64,000 nucleotides of DNA, from positions 96,639 through 160,638 of the forward strand of contig CBDCNM010000002.1 in the NCBI GenBank assembly GCA_965219385.1, written 5' to 3'. This DNA is from Candidatus Latescibacterota bacterium. GTDB taxonomy: Bacteria; Latescibacterota; UBA2968; UBA8231. Positions 32,404-42,268 of the stretch are shown here, in pieces. A program made the translations under genes and the position numbers. Below the pieces are notes generated by a model that was given only the letters and a program-made list of their open reading frames with translations, was not told the origin of the DNA and did no database searches. Positions within the stretch are counted from its first letter, which is position 1, and each line of letters starts with the position of its first letter.

Positions 32404-32596
32404 CTACACGCACCCTTCATACCCCCTGCCCACAACCAGCTCATAATCGGGCTTGGGATCCTTGCCGATGTACTTCGACGCGGCACTCGTATAGGCCACG
32501 GTCAGACCGATCCTCCGATTGGGGCGTGAGCAGGTTTTCGACCAGCAAGAATCCCTCGCTTTCGAACTGGTCGATCTGTTGCTGTGTCAGTGGCAT
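32404..32596 (-). pseudogene. PhyH-family gene reduced to its two ends by internal deletion
   Basis: MPLTQQQIDQFESEGFLLVENLLTP joined out of frame to NRRIGLTVAYTSAASKYIGKDPKPDYELVVGRGYEGCV*. RBS GGAGA retained. Confidence 0.7.
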
Positions 32597-32691
32597 TTTA
32601 AATCTCCTGTCCATAGGAGAATCAGCCTAGTAGATGACCAGCTGAATTGGGCTGGCTGACGGGCCGGCCTCAAAATCAACGCGGTCGACTA

Positions 32692-32769
32692 CTAGAGTCT
32701 CTGGCCGAAGACGTCGGCGAAGAAAAAATCTAATAAATCCACGTCCTCGTCGCCATTGAAATCACCCTG
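32692..32769 (-). pseudogene. Isolated dockerin/EF-hand-like motif remnant
   Basis: Translates QGDFNGDEDVDLLDFFFADVFGQRL* with no nearby start. Confidence 0.5.
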
Positions 32770-32958
32770 CCGTGGAGGTGCGGAGCGGAGGAAGTACTTC
32801 TTAAATATAAAACCAAAACGCCCCGCATTCCATTTGTTGGAACGACCCTGTTTTTCACCTTGTCGCCCAGGGTCGCGCCAGATTATATTTATAGGCTTGT
32901 ACGACGCCGCTCAGGAAACGAGTAGAAGCTGAGATCTGGAAGGAGACACTGCGACCTC

Positions 32959-34149
32959 ATGGCATTACAACCCGCTATTGTCGAGCAGCTGCATGCTGCC
33001 GTAAACCAGGAACGGCTCGTCGACACCGCCGTGCGGTTGATCGATGTGCCGAGCCCGACCCGCACCGCAAAAGACGCCCTGGATACCCTGGACGCCATCC
33101 TCACCGAGGAAGGCCTGGAGGTCGAGCGTCCCGAGGCAGACTATCCGGAATCGCCGGCGGTCGCAACCCGCCTTGAAAGCGGTAAGCCCGGCCGCACACT
33201 GCAGTTCCAGGGGCATCTCGACACGGTACACCTGCCGTATGTGCCGCCGCGCCTCGAAGACGGCAGGCTGTACGGCAGCGGCGCGGCCGACATGAAAGGG
33301 GGGATCGCTGCCATGGTCGAGGCGACCCGCGCCCTGCGCGACACCCATTTATTGCCGGGCGGACAGGTGTTGATAACCTCGACGGATATGCACGAAGCAC
33401 CGTGGGGCGATGGTCGGCAGATACGCGGGCTGGTACAGGCCGGGTACGTCGGCGACGGGGTACTGATACCGGAGTACCTCTACGACCGCCTGCCGGTGGT
33501 GGGCCGCGGCATGGCGGTGCTCGATGTGCACGTCCGGCGGGAGGGCCAGCCGGTTCACGAGGTGCTGGGCGGTATCGAACAACCCAATGTCATCAGCGCG
33601 GGCGCCGAGCTCGTCCGCCGTTTCGAAGAACTCGACGGCCAGCTGGCGGCGAGTACGCATCTGCTCGGTGGGCGCGAAAGCCTCTTTATCGGCAAAGTCG
33701 GAGCAGGGGAGATTTTCAACCAATCGCCGACCGACTTTCGCCTGCAGGGCACGCGACGCTGGCTGCCCGGCGCGGACCGCGACGACGTCGAAAAGCAGTT
33801 CCGCGCCATCCTGGAGGCCGTTGCCCGACGCGACGGCATTGAGGTGGAGGGGGACTTCATGTTTTTGTCGGGGCCGTTCGAAATCGACCGGTCCCATCCG
33901 CTCCTGCAGGCATTCCAGAGCGCCTACCAGGCCGCTACCGGCACCCGTCTGCCGCTGGGCGGCAAACCGCTGATGGACGATGGCAATACCATCCTCAACG
34001 TTTCAGACGCCGTCCCGATCACGCACGGACCGAATGGGCTGGGCGCCCATACGGTCGCCGAGGAAGTCGCCGTCGCCGAACTGGTCCGCGTCGCTCTGGT
34101 GTATGCCTTGGCGGCCGTCTGTTTTTGTGGAGGAACCCATGAACGATAA
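32959..34149 (+). CDS. M20/ArgE-DapE family metallo-hydrolase
   Basis: GHLDTV, GSGAADMKGG, GAHTVAE. Confidence 0.9.
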   Translation: MALQPAIVEQLHAAVNQERLVDTAVRLIDVPSPTRTAKDALDTLDAILTEEGLEVERPEADYPESPAVATRLESGKPGRTLQFQGHLDTVHLPYVPPRLEDGRLYGSGAADMKGGIAAMVEATRALRDTHLLPGGQVLITSTDMHEAPWGDGRQIRGLVQAGYVGDGVLIPEYLYDRLPVVGRGMAVLDVHVRREGQPVHEVLGGIEQPNVISAGAELVRRFEELDGQLAASTHLLGGRESLFIGKVGAGEIFNQSPTDFRLQGTRRWLPGADRDDVEKQFRAILEAVARRDGIEVEGDFMFLSGPFEIDRSHPLLQAFQSAYQAATGTRLPLGGKPLMDDGNTILNVSDAVPITHGPNGLGAHTVAEEVAVAELVRVALVYALAAVCFCGGTHER

Positions 34150-34359
34150 ACACAGCACACTGGATTCCCCGCCACAGGACCTGCCGACCAGCGATCTGGT
34201 CGACGCGCAGCGGACCCTCAGTGCCGACTACCCCTGAGGCGGTAAATTATAAAGGGCCTTTTCTTGTATAAAATTCCTGCTGCGCTCGCAGCCCGGCCGC
34301 CCTGCTCAAAGGTCAAATGGGATTTTTCATATAGGCTCTTAATGGAGGAGATCCCGACC

Positions 34360-35166
34360 ATGATTGTAGAGTGGAACAACCACATGTTCAGCGCGGATCA
34401 GGAGCGTTATCCGCTGCACCCTGATTCTCCCTATACCCCTGGATTTCCAGACGGCGATCCCCTGGACATCTATATGGCCCACATGGACCGGGAGGGCATT
34501 GATCGGGCGGTGCTGGTGCAACCGGCTCCGTACTGGGACGACCACCGGCTGCTCCTGAATTGCCTGAAGCGCGCGCCCCAGCGCTGCAAAGGAGCTTGCC
34601 TGTTCAGGCCGGACGACGAGGACGCGCCGGCCAGGATGGCGGACCTGGTAGCGCGGCAGCCGCTCTTCATCGCCACCCGCCTGCACCTGCTCAACGGCCG
34701 GGACCTGGGGCCGGACAGCACCCTGGATCCAGGGGTACAGGCGATCTGGAGGAAAGCCCTGGAACTGGGGCTGATCGTCGAGCTGCACGCGGATGCTACC
34801 TACGCGCTGCCTCTGGCCAATATGCTGCGCGAACATCCGCGGACCACGGTGGTGATCGACCACCTGGCCGAGGCCGGCTTCGGGAACAGCGGTACCCCGG
34901 TGGAGTTCGCCCACATGCTGGATCTGGCCAGATTCGACGGGGTCTACATGAAGCTTTCCGGCCTGAATCACTTTGCCAAAGACGAACCGCACTACCTGAG
35001 CGCGCGGCCCTTTACCCGCCGGGTGATCGCCGAGTTTGGTCCGGATCAGCTGGTCTGGGGCAGCGGGGTGCCCGGGATCGTGGATGCGCATATGCCCGAG
35101 TATTCGGAGGCGGTCCGGATGAAGGTAAAGGGGGGCAATCTGCAGCGCTTGCTGGGTTTTGCGTGA
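34360..35166 (+). CDS. Amidohydrolase (Amidohydro_2) family protein
   Basis: AVLVQP, IDHLAE, YMKLSG, LVWGS. Start at ATG 34360 after GGAGGAG. Confidence 0.85.
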   Translation: MIVEWNNHMFSADQERYPLHPDSPYTPGFPDGDPLDIYMAHMDREGIDRAVLVQPAPYWDDHRLLLNCLKRAPQRCKGACLFRPDDEDAPARMADLVARQPLFIATRLHLLNGRDLGPDSTLDPGVQAIWRKALELGLIVELHADATYALPLANMLREHPRTTVVIDHLAEAGFGNSGTPVEFAHMLDLARFDGVYMKLSGLNHFAKDEPHYLSARPFTRRVIAEFGPDQLVWGSGVPGIVDAHMPEYSEAVRMKVKGGNLQRLLGFA

Positions 35167-35286
35167 TGGCCCGGGCTGGTGGATTCTGCCATGAGATTGG
35201 CGGGACTCGCCAGTCCGGGTTTTGAGCGGATTTTAGATTTAACTGAAATTATAGTAATTTAGGAAAAAAACAACATGGTTATGACC

Positions 35287-35302
35287 TGGCACGGGGCTTG
35301 CT
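35287..35302 (+). promoter_or_regulatory. Sigma54 (-24/-12) promoter of the pspA operon
   Basis: TGGCACGGGGCTTGCT matches TGGCACG-N4-TTGCW, with an AT-rich tract upstream. Confidence 0.8.
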
Positions 35303-35344
35303 CCCTGGAGGAGTGTCTACATGGACCCAACAAAGGCGGACGTG

Positions 35345-35548
35345 ATGCAGAAAGGCATAACCAGAGAGCAGGTCGAGCGCGTAGCGCGCATCTACAAGAC
35401 CAACCAGGATGCGGGTCAGGCCCTGGGTATTACCATGCGGAGCTTCGGCCGGCTGTGTCGCAAGTACGGGGTGGAGACACCCTATGGACGCAGGAGGCGA
35501 CGCCTACACGAGGAAGTGGGACACACCGACATTTTTCCTAGGAGGTAA
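35345..35548 (+). CDS. Small basic protein, possible Fis-like HTH
   Basis: MQKGITREQVERVARIYKTNQDAGQALGITMRSFGRLCRKYGV. Alternative start 35321. Confidence 0.7.
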   Translation: MQKGITREQVERVARIYKTNQDAGQALGITMRSFGRLCRKYGVETPYGRRRRRLHEEVGHTDIFPRR

Positions 35549-35552
35549 AGCA

Positions 35553-36233
35553 ATGGCCGGGGGAAGCATAGATCGCATCGGAGCCATCTGGAAGTCCAAT
35601 ATCAACGAGTTGCTGGACCGGATGGAGGACCCGGAGAAAATGGTGCGCCAGTTTGTCCGGGACATGGAAGAAGAGGTCGATAAGGCGGTCCGGGCCGCGG
35701 CTGGGGCCATGGCCAATCAGCGCCGCGTGGAGCGGGAATACGAGGAAAGCCAGGCCCGGGTTCGGGAGTGGCGGCAGCGCGCCGAGCGCGCGGTCGAAGA
35801 AGGAGATGAGGAGGGCGCGCGTCGCGCCCTGGAACGCAAGGCTTTTTGTGCCCGGGCCGCGGAAGTGGCCGGGGCGGCCGCGGAAGAAAGCCGCCAGGCC
35901 GCAGCGCAGCTGCACGCTCAACTGGACGAATTGAGAGCGGGTCTGCGGGAAGCCCGGAGCCGCCAGGGGGCTTTGATCGGGCGCTACCAGGCGGCCCGTA
36001 AACAGCCGCGGGCCGGCGCGGAGGGATTGGCCGGTACGGTGCGGCTGGAGGAGCGGATCGCAGCCCACAAACGCGAGTTCGAGCGGATGGTAGAGCAGGT
36101 CGAAACCGCCGAAGCCGAGGCCGAGTTGCAGCGGCAACTGGCCGCTGAGCGCCGGATTCAGGAACCGGGTGCGGGAGAGCGGGTGGAAGATGAACTGGCC
36201 GAGTTGAAGACCCGGGTATCCGAGAAAAAATAA
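35553..36233 (+). CDS. pspA: PspA/IM30 family protein
   Basis: KSNINELLDRMEDPEKMVRQFVRDM, long coiled coil, RBS AGGAGG. Confidence 0.9.
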   Translation: MAGGSIDRIGAIWKSNINELLDRMEDPEKMVRQFVRDMEEEVDKAVRAAAGAMANQRRVEREYEESQARVREWRQRAERAVEEGDEEGARRALERKAFCARAAEVAGAAAEESRQAAAQLHAQLDELRAGLREARSRQGALIGRYQAARKQPRAGAEGLAGTVRLEERIAAHKREFERMVEQVETAEAEAELQRQLAAERRIQEPGAGERVEDELAELKTRVSEKK

Positions 36234-36244
36234 AGGAGAGGAAC

Positions 36245-36625
36245 GTGGAAGGTCAGGAGTTCTCGTACAGATCCAGGCTGGTGGCCGGACTGCTGTGCTT
36301 TTTTCTTGGGACCTTTGGGGCGCATCGCTACTATGTCGGCAAAATCGGCACTGGTATATTGATGCTGGTGACCCTGGGCGGTCTGGGCATCTGGTACATG
36401 ATCGACCTGATCGTGATTATGGTGGGCGCCTTTCGCGACGACCAGGGCCGCCTGGTCTACGACTGGCTGGACCCGCAGGTGGGGCAGCGCGGACGGGAGG
36501 CCCTGAATGCCCAGTTGGAGGCGATTGAAGTGCGTTTGACGGATACGCAGGATGTGATGATCACCCTGAGTGAGAAGTACGATCGCCTCGAAGATAAATA
36601 CAAAGAGCTTAAAAGAGATGATTGA
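36245..36625 (+). CDS. TM2-domain membrane protein with C-terminal coiled coil
   Basis: FLGTFGAHRYYVGKIGTGIL...GIWYMIDLI. Confidence 0.88.
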   Translation: MEGQEFSYRSRLVAGLLCFFLGTFGAHRYYVGKIGTGILMLVTLGGLGIWYMIDLIVIMVGAFRDDQGRLVYDWLDPQVGQRGREALNAQLEAIEVRLTDTQDVMITLSEKYDRLEDKYKELKRDD

Positions 36626-36658
36626 GGAAGTGAAACCATTGACTTGAATCCCTCTGGT

Positions 36659-37474
36659 ATGGAAATCGGTCGCATAGTCTTGTTGGGCGTGCTACTCGCG
36701 CTGGTTGGGTATGTGGGCATGGGGGTTTTGCTCTACGTCTTGCAATCCCACCTGGTCTACGTGCCCCAGCGCAAAATGGTTGCGACTCCCGAGGATATCG
36801 CTCTTGCGTACCAGGATGTCGTTTTTACCAGCGCGGATGGGGTGCGGCTGTCCGGCTGGTGGTTGCCGGGCGAGAAGCCCAGGGGCGTGGTGCTGTTCTG
36901 CCATGGCAACGGTGGCAATATCTCTCATCTGCTGGAGCGCATCCGGGTTTTCCACGATCTCGGACTGAGCACCTTTGTGTTCGACTACCGCGGCTATGGC
37001 CTGAGCGAAGGCGCGCCGACAGAGCAGGGCACCTACCTGGACGCGGAGGCTGCGTGGAATTACCTGGTGCGGGAACAGGGGGTGGAAGCAGGCGAGATTC
37101 TGGTTTATGGCTGGTCGCTCGGCGGTCCCATTGCTACCTGGCTGGCGCAGCGCCATACCCCCGCAAAGCTGGTGCTGGAATCCACCTTCACGTTGATCCC
37201 GGATCTGGGCCAGGATCTGTATCCGCTCTTTCCGGCCCGGCTGCTGTCGCGTTACGAGTACAATACCCTCGATTGCCTTTCCAGAGTGAGCTGCCCGCTG
37301 CTGGTGGTCCACAGCCTCGAGGACGATCTGATCCCTTTCGCGCACGGCCGCCGGCTCTACGAAGCGGCCAGAGGACCCCGGAAATTCCTTGAAATCGCGG
37401 GGGAACACGGCGATGGATTTATGTGGTCGGCGGAGCCCTACAAAGAAGCTCTGGATGGGTTTATCTCGCTCTAG
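36659..37474 (+). CDS. Membrane-anchored alpha/beta hydrolase
   Basis: N-terminal TM segment, HGNGGN, DYRGYG, GWSLGG. The start may be 36644. Confidence 0.9.
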   Translation: MEIGRIVLLGVLLALVGYVGMGVLLYVLQSHLVYVPQRKMVATPEDIALAYQDVVFTSADGVRLSGWWLPGEKPRGVVLFCHGNGGNISHLLERIRVFHDLGLSTFVFDYRGYGLSEGAPTEQGTYLDAEAAWNYLVREQGVEAGEILVYGWSLGGPIATWLAQRHTPAKLVLESTFTLIPDLGQDLYPLFPARLLSRYEYNTLDCLSRVSCPLLVVHSLEDDLIPFAHGRRLYEAARGPRKFLEIAGEHGDGFMWSAEPYKEALDGFISL

Positions 37475-37506
37475 TCTCACGAAATACCGCCGATTCCGTG
37501 CAGTAC

Positions 37507-39162
37507 TCATATTTCCCGCTGCAGGACAATGGGTTGCTTCTCGATCTGCGCACGCGGAATCGTCTTCTTGAACATCTTGTATTCGCGGCGATAGCGTTTG
37601 TGAACCTTGAGTTCGACCTGCTCGGGCACCGGGTCCTCGACGGGCCAGTCGAAGTAACCATCCACATCGCTGTAAACGTGCCACATATCCAGGACCACGG
37701 AGGCCCCGGGAAGCGGCTGGCCCTGACTGTCCACGACCCGGCCGCGGACGGCTTTGCCAGGATTCAGGCGGAATTCGGCCGCGTGAGACTCCGCCTCGGG
37801 ACCGACCTTCACATGCCGCCACTGTGGTGCGTAACCATTTGCCTCCACGGTCAAAACCATTTCGCCGAGCGGCACACCATCAAATCGAAAGTGGCCCCGG
37901 GCATCGGTTTTGACCAGGGGATGATTGTTTTTGGGGTGAATGGAGCGATAGCCCAACTGGGGCGAACCAACCAGCCGCGGACCGCCTCCCCACGGATCCA
38001 GCTCGGTGCTCTCTTGCCAGAAGTCGGCGGCGTAGCGGTTGGGGCTGCGCTCGACCGTGGCATGGACGAGCGGCTGGCCTTGTTGGTCCAGCACGCGGCC
38101 TTGCAGACTCGCGTAAGCCGGCGATACCTTCGCGCGCTCCACGGCGATCGGCCAGACCTTCGTAGCTTCGGCATCGCTGCCGACCACCACCAGCTGGTTC
38201 GGGCCGGCTTTGATCATGTCGAACTGGCCGGTAATAACCGGCTCGGGCAGATCCGAGAAGCTAATGCGGTCCTGCCACGTGTGGCCGTTGTCCAGGCTGA
38301 ACGCGACGTGGAACCCCGGTCTACCGTATTCGCACGCCACCACCCCATTGTCCAATGCCGCCAGGGTGGGCGAGATACACATCAGGTGCGGCCGGGTCGC
38401 CACCGGTCTGGTCCATGTTTTTCCCAGGTCGTCCGACCAGCACCCGTACAGGGGACGGTACTGAGCCGGAAGGTGCGAAAACTGGGTCCGCAGCATGGCC
38501 AGCATCCGTCCGTTGGGCAACAGGGTGATGCTCGGCTCGCATGAACTTAGGTACTGGCCCGGCAGTTCGGGGTTGGGGTCCACCGGCTCATAGGCAATCG
38601 AGCTGTAGTGGTGCCAGGTGTGTCCCTGGTCTTTCGAGCAGACGAGGAACGCCCGATGGAGGCTTTCGCTGTCGCCCTTGAATCCGCCGTACATCGGTGC
38701 CAGCACATCGCCGTTGGGAAGCTGCACCATTTTGCCTTTAGCCATCGAGGGTAGCACCGCATCGAGGGATGGAGGACCGGCCAGGGGCAGGTACAGACGG
38801 GCCGTCTCGACGTCCCAGTACCTCATATCATCGGTGAAGCGCAGGAAGGGCATTTCGAACCAGCCCTCTTTACCGTCGGCAGCATGGCGCACGTCCGACA
38901 CGGGCATAATGACGCCGCCGTCCCGCAGGGTGCCGCTGTCAGCGCCGCCTCCCAACTCGGACGGGCCCTTCATCTTCTCACTCCAGGTCCGCCCCCCGTC
39001 GGTGGAGGTTCTATAAGACTTCGCATCTGGAAAGAAGGCCGCTACCACTCCCGTCCGCGACACCATCAAATTGGCGGTATTCTGGTAGACCTTATCACCG
39101 AGCCTGGTCGGTTCGCCGACCCTGATCTTCAATATCTCCACAGAGGATTCAGATTGCGGCAT
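37507..39162 (-). CDS. BNR/sialidase-like propeller with C-terminal carboxypeptidase-regulatory-like domains
   Basis: Asp-boxes STDGGRTW, SKDQGHTW, SDDLGKTW, SLDNGHTW; GRVLDQQGQP and GRVVDSQGQPLPGA repeats. Confidence 0.85.
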   Translation of the reverse strand: MPQSESSVEILKIRVGEPTRLGDKVYQNTANLMVSRTGVVAAFFPDAKSYRTSTDGGRTWSEKMKGPSELGGGADSGTLRDGGVIMPVSDVRHAADGKEGWFEMPFLRFTDDMRYWDVETARLYLPLAGPPSLDAVLPSMAKGKMVQLPNGDVLAPMYGGFKGDSESLHRAFLVCSKDQGHTWHHYSSIAYEPVDPNPELPGQYLSSCEPSITLLPNGRMLAMLRTQFSHLPAQYRPLYGCWSDDLGKTWTRPVATRPHLMCISPTLAALDNGVVACEYGRPGFHVAFSLDNGHTWQDRISFSDLPEPVITGQFDMIKAGPNQLVVVGSDAEATKVWPIAVERAKVSPAYASLQGRVLDQQGQPLVHATVERSPNRYAADFWQESTELDPWGGGPRLVGSPQLGYRSIHPKNNHPLVKTDARGHFRFDGVPLGEMVLTVEANGYAPQWRHVKVGPEAESHAAEFRLNPGKAVRGRVVDSQGQPLPGASVVLDMWHVYSDVDGYFDWPVEDPVPEQVELKVHKRYRREYKMFKKTIPRAQIEKQPIVLQREI

Positions 39163-39175
39163 CGTGCCATTCCTT

Positions 39176-39937
39176 TCAGAGCTTGCCTTCCTTTTGCCAC
39201 TCTGCGAAGAGTTGCTTGCGGTAGGCCTCGGCCCGTTCTTTATCTACCTGGGCGCGCTGGGCGTAGAAGACGAATCCCAGGGCCCGGCGGGGCCGCTCGC
39301 TGGGATTGGCATCGGCCCGGTGGATGGTCATGCAGTGGTGCACGATCAGGTCCCCTGGTTCGGCGTGGATGGCTTTCTCCCGGTGGAAATCCGCCTCGCC
39401 GTAATCGGTGATGCCCTGGGAAAAACCCAGCACATTGGAGCGCTGGTGCGGCCGCATGTCCTGCCAGCGCGATCCGGGCACAAAGCGCATGCAGCCGTTT
39501 TCTTCGTCGATGGTATCCAGGGCCAGCCACAAGGTCACGGCCTCGTTGGGTTCCAGCATGAAATAGAACCCATCCTGGTGGGGCGGGGTCACCTTGCCGA
39601 CGCGGGCCGGTTTGTTGAACCACTGCAATGGTTTGCCCACCACCTGATCGTCCATGAAAAATTCGCCCAGTTCAATAAAACGGTCGCTGTTGTTGAGTTG
39701 CTCGAAAAATTCATCGTATGCGGACATGTTCTGCAGCCGCATGATGGCTCGAAGGTCGTCCTTTACCTCGTAGAACGCCGCTTCATCCGGCAGATTGGGC
39801 AGTAGTTCGGCGATGTAGCGGTCGATCTGGCGATTGATCTGCCGGGCTTCCGCCGCGCTCATAAAACCGCGCAACACCAGGTACCCGTCCCGGTCAAAGG
39901 CCTCTTTGAGCTGTGGGGCGTTTTTCCTCCAGTCCAT
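39176..39937 (-). CDS. PhyH-family dioxygenase
   Basis: FDRDGYL, TPPHQDG, ENGCMRFVPGS, TIHRA. Confidence 0.9.
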   Translation of the reverse strand: MDWRKNAPQLKEAFDRDGYLVLRGFMSAAEARQINRQIDRYIAELLPNLPDEAAFYEVKDDLRAIMRLQNMSAYDEFFEQLNNSDRFIELGEFFMDDQVVGKPLQWFNKPARVGKVTPPHQDGFYFMLEPNEAVTLWLALDTIDEENGCMRFVPGSRWQDMRPHQRSNVLGFSQGITDYGEADFHREKAIHAEPGDLIVHHCMTIHRADANPSERPRRALGFVFYAQRAQVDKERAEAYRKQLFAEWQKEGKL

Positions 39938-39949
39938 GATGTATCCTTT

Positions 39950-40726
39950 CTACGATTCGGGGTCGGGGCGCTCGGCGTTGTAAATGTTGTAAGCATTGAC
40001 CAGAGTGCCGCCGTCTACCACCAGGGTCTGGCCGGTGATATAGCTGCCCTCGTCCGAGACCAAGAAGGCCGCGGCCCCGGCTACTTCGGCGGGCAGGCCG
40101 GAGCGGCCCAGCAGGGCCATATCAATGGGCCCGGGCAGGGCGTCGTCGGGCTGGTCGACCTGGATGGGACCCGGAGCGATACAGTTGACCCGGATGCGGT
40201 ACGGGGCCAGGTCCGCGGCCATACTCTTGGTCATGGTCTCCAGGGCGCCTTTGGCCGCGCCGTAGGCGCAGCAGCCCGGTTGTGGCACAAAGCCGTTGAC
40301 CGAGGAGATGTTGATGATATTGCCCCCGCCTGTTCGGACCATGATCCGGGCGGCCGTCTGGGCGCACATGAACACCCCGGTCTGGTTTACCGCGATAATG
40401 CGATCCCAGGTCTCCTGAGACAGGTCCAGGATGTGGCCGTTGACGCCGGTGATGCCGGCGTTGTTGATCATTATGTCGAGGCCCTCGAAGTGTTCGATGG
40501 TCTGGTCGATCAGGCGCTCCACCTGTTCCCGATCGGCGACATCGGTCTGGACGAAGAGGGCTGTGCCGCCGGCTTCTTCTACTTCCCGGCGGGTGCGTTC
40601 GCCGCTGTCTGGATCGCGCTGTGCCAGGACGACTTTGGCGCCTTCCCGGGCGAAGCGTTTTACAATGCCGCGGCCGATGCCGCGACCTCCGCCGGTGACG
40701 ATGGCGATTTTGTCCTTCAATAACAT
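39950..40726 (-). CDS. Short-chain dehydrogenase/reductase
   Basis: TGGGRGIG, NNAG, YGAAK. Start at ATG 40726 after GAGGAG. Confidence 0.92.
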   Translation of the reverse strand: MLLKDKIAIVTGGGRGIGRGIVKRFAREGAKVVLAQRDPDSGERTRREVEEAGGTALFVQTDVADREQVERLIDQTIEHFEGLDIMINNAGITGVNGHILDLSQETWDRIIAVNQTGVFMCAQTAARIMVRTGGGNIINISSVNGFVPQPGCCAYGAAKGALETMTKSMAADLAPYRIRVNCIAPGPIQVDQPDDALPGPIDMALLGRSGLPAEVAGAAAFLVSDEGSYITGQTLVVDGGTLVNAYNIYNAERPDPES

Positions 40727-40905
40727 GGGGCACTCCTCAGATCCCTGCGGCGTCCCGAAAATAGTAGTAGGGGTGGTAGCGGGGTAAGATACCTCAATTT
40801 TGTTGTTGGGACAAGAAGTGCCGGGCTGTTGGGTGGTGGTTGTGGGTTCGTCTTTCGCTTTCGGGATATTTGACGGTTCAGGATGGTTGTGCTTGATTAG
40901 AGAAT

Positions 40906-41107
40906 CAGTACTTAACGAAATACCCGTAGCTATTTGGAGCTCAAGGCCGGGAGTTGATGTTGCCGGCGGGGCGGTGGGGGCTGCGAGCGGGCGCAGCAGC
41001 AGGGAGGGGGTAGTGGGGGGGTGGAGCAGGGCAAGAGCGCCTTGGGCCTCATAAAACGCCAGAGGCACAAGCCCCGCACGGCCGTCCGCCGATTCCGTGA
41101 AGTACTG
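40906..41107. mobile_element. MITE, complete copy (202 bp)
   Basis: IRs CAGTACTTAACGAAAT / ATTCCGTGAAGTACTG. 5-bp duplication AGAAT (40901-40905, 41108-41112). Confidence 0.88.
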
Positions 41108-41145
41108 AGAATGGCTTCACCTGGCAGATAAATCAAGCACAGGTA

Positions 41146-42258
41146 GTGTCATCCATGACTGGTTCCCTGCCTTTTACCCGCATCATTCAGGGTCTGCCGC
41201 CCACCGTGCCCTTTGTGCCGCCCGAAGCCCTGGAGCGGCGCAACGCCCGCCCTTTGAAGGTGCGGGTGGGCGCCAACGAGAGTGCTTTCGGAATCTCGCC
41301 GCGGGCCCGGGAAGCCATGTGCGCGGCCGTCAACCAGATCGCCTGGTACAACGACCCGGAAGGCCACGATCTGCGGGCGGCCCTGGCCCGGGCGCACGGG
41401 GTGACCATGGACCAGCTGAGCATCGGCAGCGGCATCGACGATTTATTGGGCCTGGTGGTGCGGCTCCTGATCGAACCCGGGGATCCGGTGGTGAGTTCGC
41501 TGGGTGGTTATCCTACCTTCCACTACCACGCGGACGGCTTCGGCGGCGTCCTGTACCGGGTGCCCTACAGGGACGATTACGAAGATCTGGAAGCCCTGTT
41601 GGCCCAGGCCGGGAAGGTCGAAGCCCGCCTGCTCTACGTGGCCAACCCGGACAATCCCATGGGCACCTGGCACCCGGCCCCTGCCCTGCGTCGTCTCATC
41701 GAGCAACTGCCGGACACCTGTGTGTTGATCCTGGACGAGGCCTATGTGGATTTCGCTCCGGACGAGGCCCTGTTGACCCTGGATCCGGACGAGTTGCGGG
41801 TCGTGCGCATGCGCACCTTTTCCAAGGCGCACGGCATGGCCGGAGCCCGGGTCGGCTATGCCATAGCCCATCGGGAGATGGTGGCGGCCCTGGACAAGGT
41901 GCGCAATCACTTCGGGGTCAACCGGGTGGCCCAGGCCGGGGCCCTGGCCTCGCTCCAGGACCGGGCCTTCATCGACAGCGTGGTACAAGCGGTCGCGGAA
42001 GGCCGGCGGGAGTACGAGGCTCTGGGCCGCGAACTGGGGCTGTCCACCCTTCCTTCGGGGGCCAATTTCGTGGCCATGGACATAGGAGACGGGCTGCGGG
42101 CTCGGGCCCTGATGGGGGCCCTGCTCGAACGCGACGTATTCGTGCGCATGCCCGGGGTGGCGCCCCTGGATCGCTGCATCCGCGTCACCGTCGGCACACC
42201 TGAAGAACGGGAGGCCTTTGCGCAGGTTTTGCGCCAGGTCCTGCCCCAGATTCGTTGA
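41146..42258 (+). CDS. PLP-dependent aminotransferase, HisC-like
   Basis: GANES, NPDNPMG, DEAY, RTFSKAHGMAGARVGY. The start may be 41155. Confidence 0.9.
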   Translation: MSSMTGSLPFTRIIQGLPPTVPFVPPEALERRNARPLKVRVGANESAFGISPRAREAMCAAVNQIAWYNDPEGHDLRAALARAHGVTMDQLSIGSGIDDLLGLVVRLLIEPGDPVVSSLGGYPTFHYHADGFGGVLYRVPYRDDYEDLEALLAQAGKVEARLLYVANPDNPMGTWHPAPALRRLIEQLPDTCVLILDEAYVDFAPDEALLTLDPDELRVVRMRTFSKAHGMAGARVGYAIAHREMVAALDKVRNHFGVNRVAQAGALASLQDRAFIDSVVQAVAEGRREYEALGRELGLSTLPSGANFVAMDIGDGLRARALMGALLERDVFVRMPGVAPLDRCIRVTVGTPEEREAFAQVLRQVLPQIR

Positions 42259-42268
42259 GGAAATACCC

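Noticed and set aside
40727..41068. N-terminal extension of the SDR in the 372-aa ORF
   Set aside because: The extension starts inside the MITE; the real start is ATG 40726 with an RBS.
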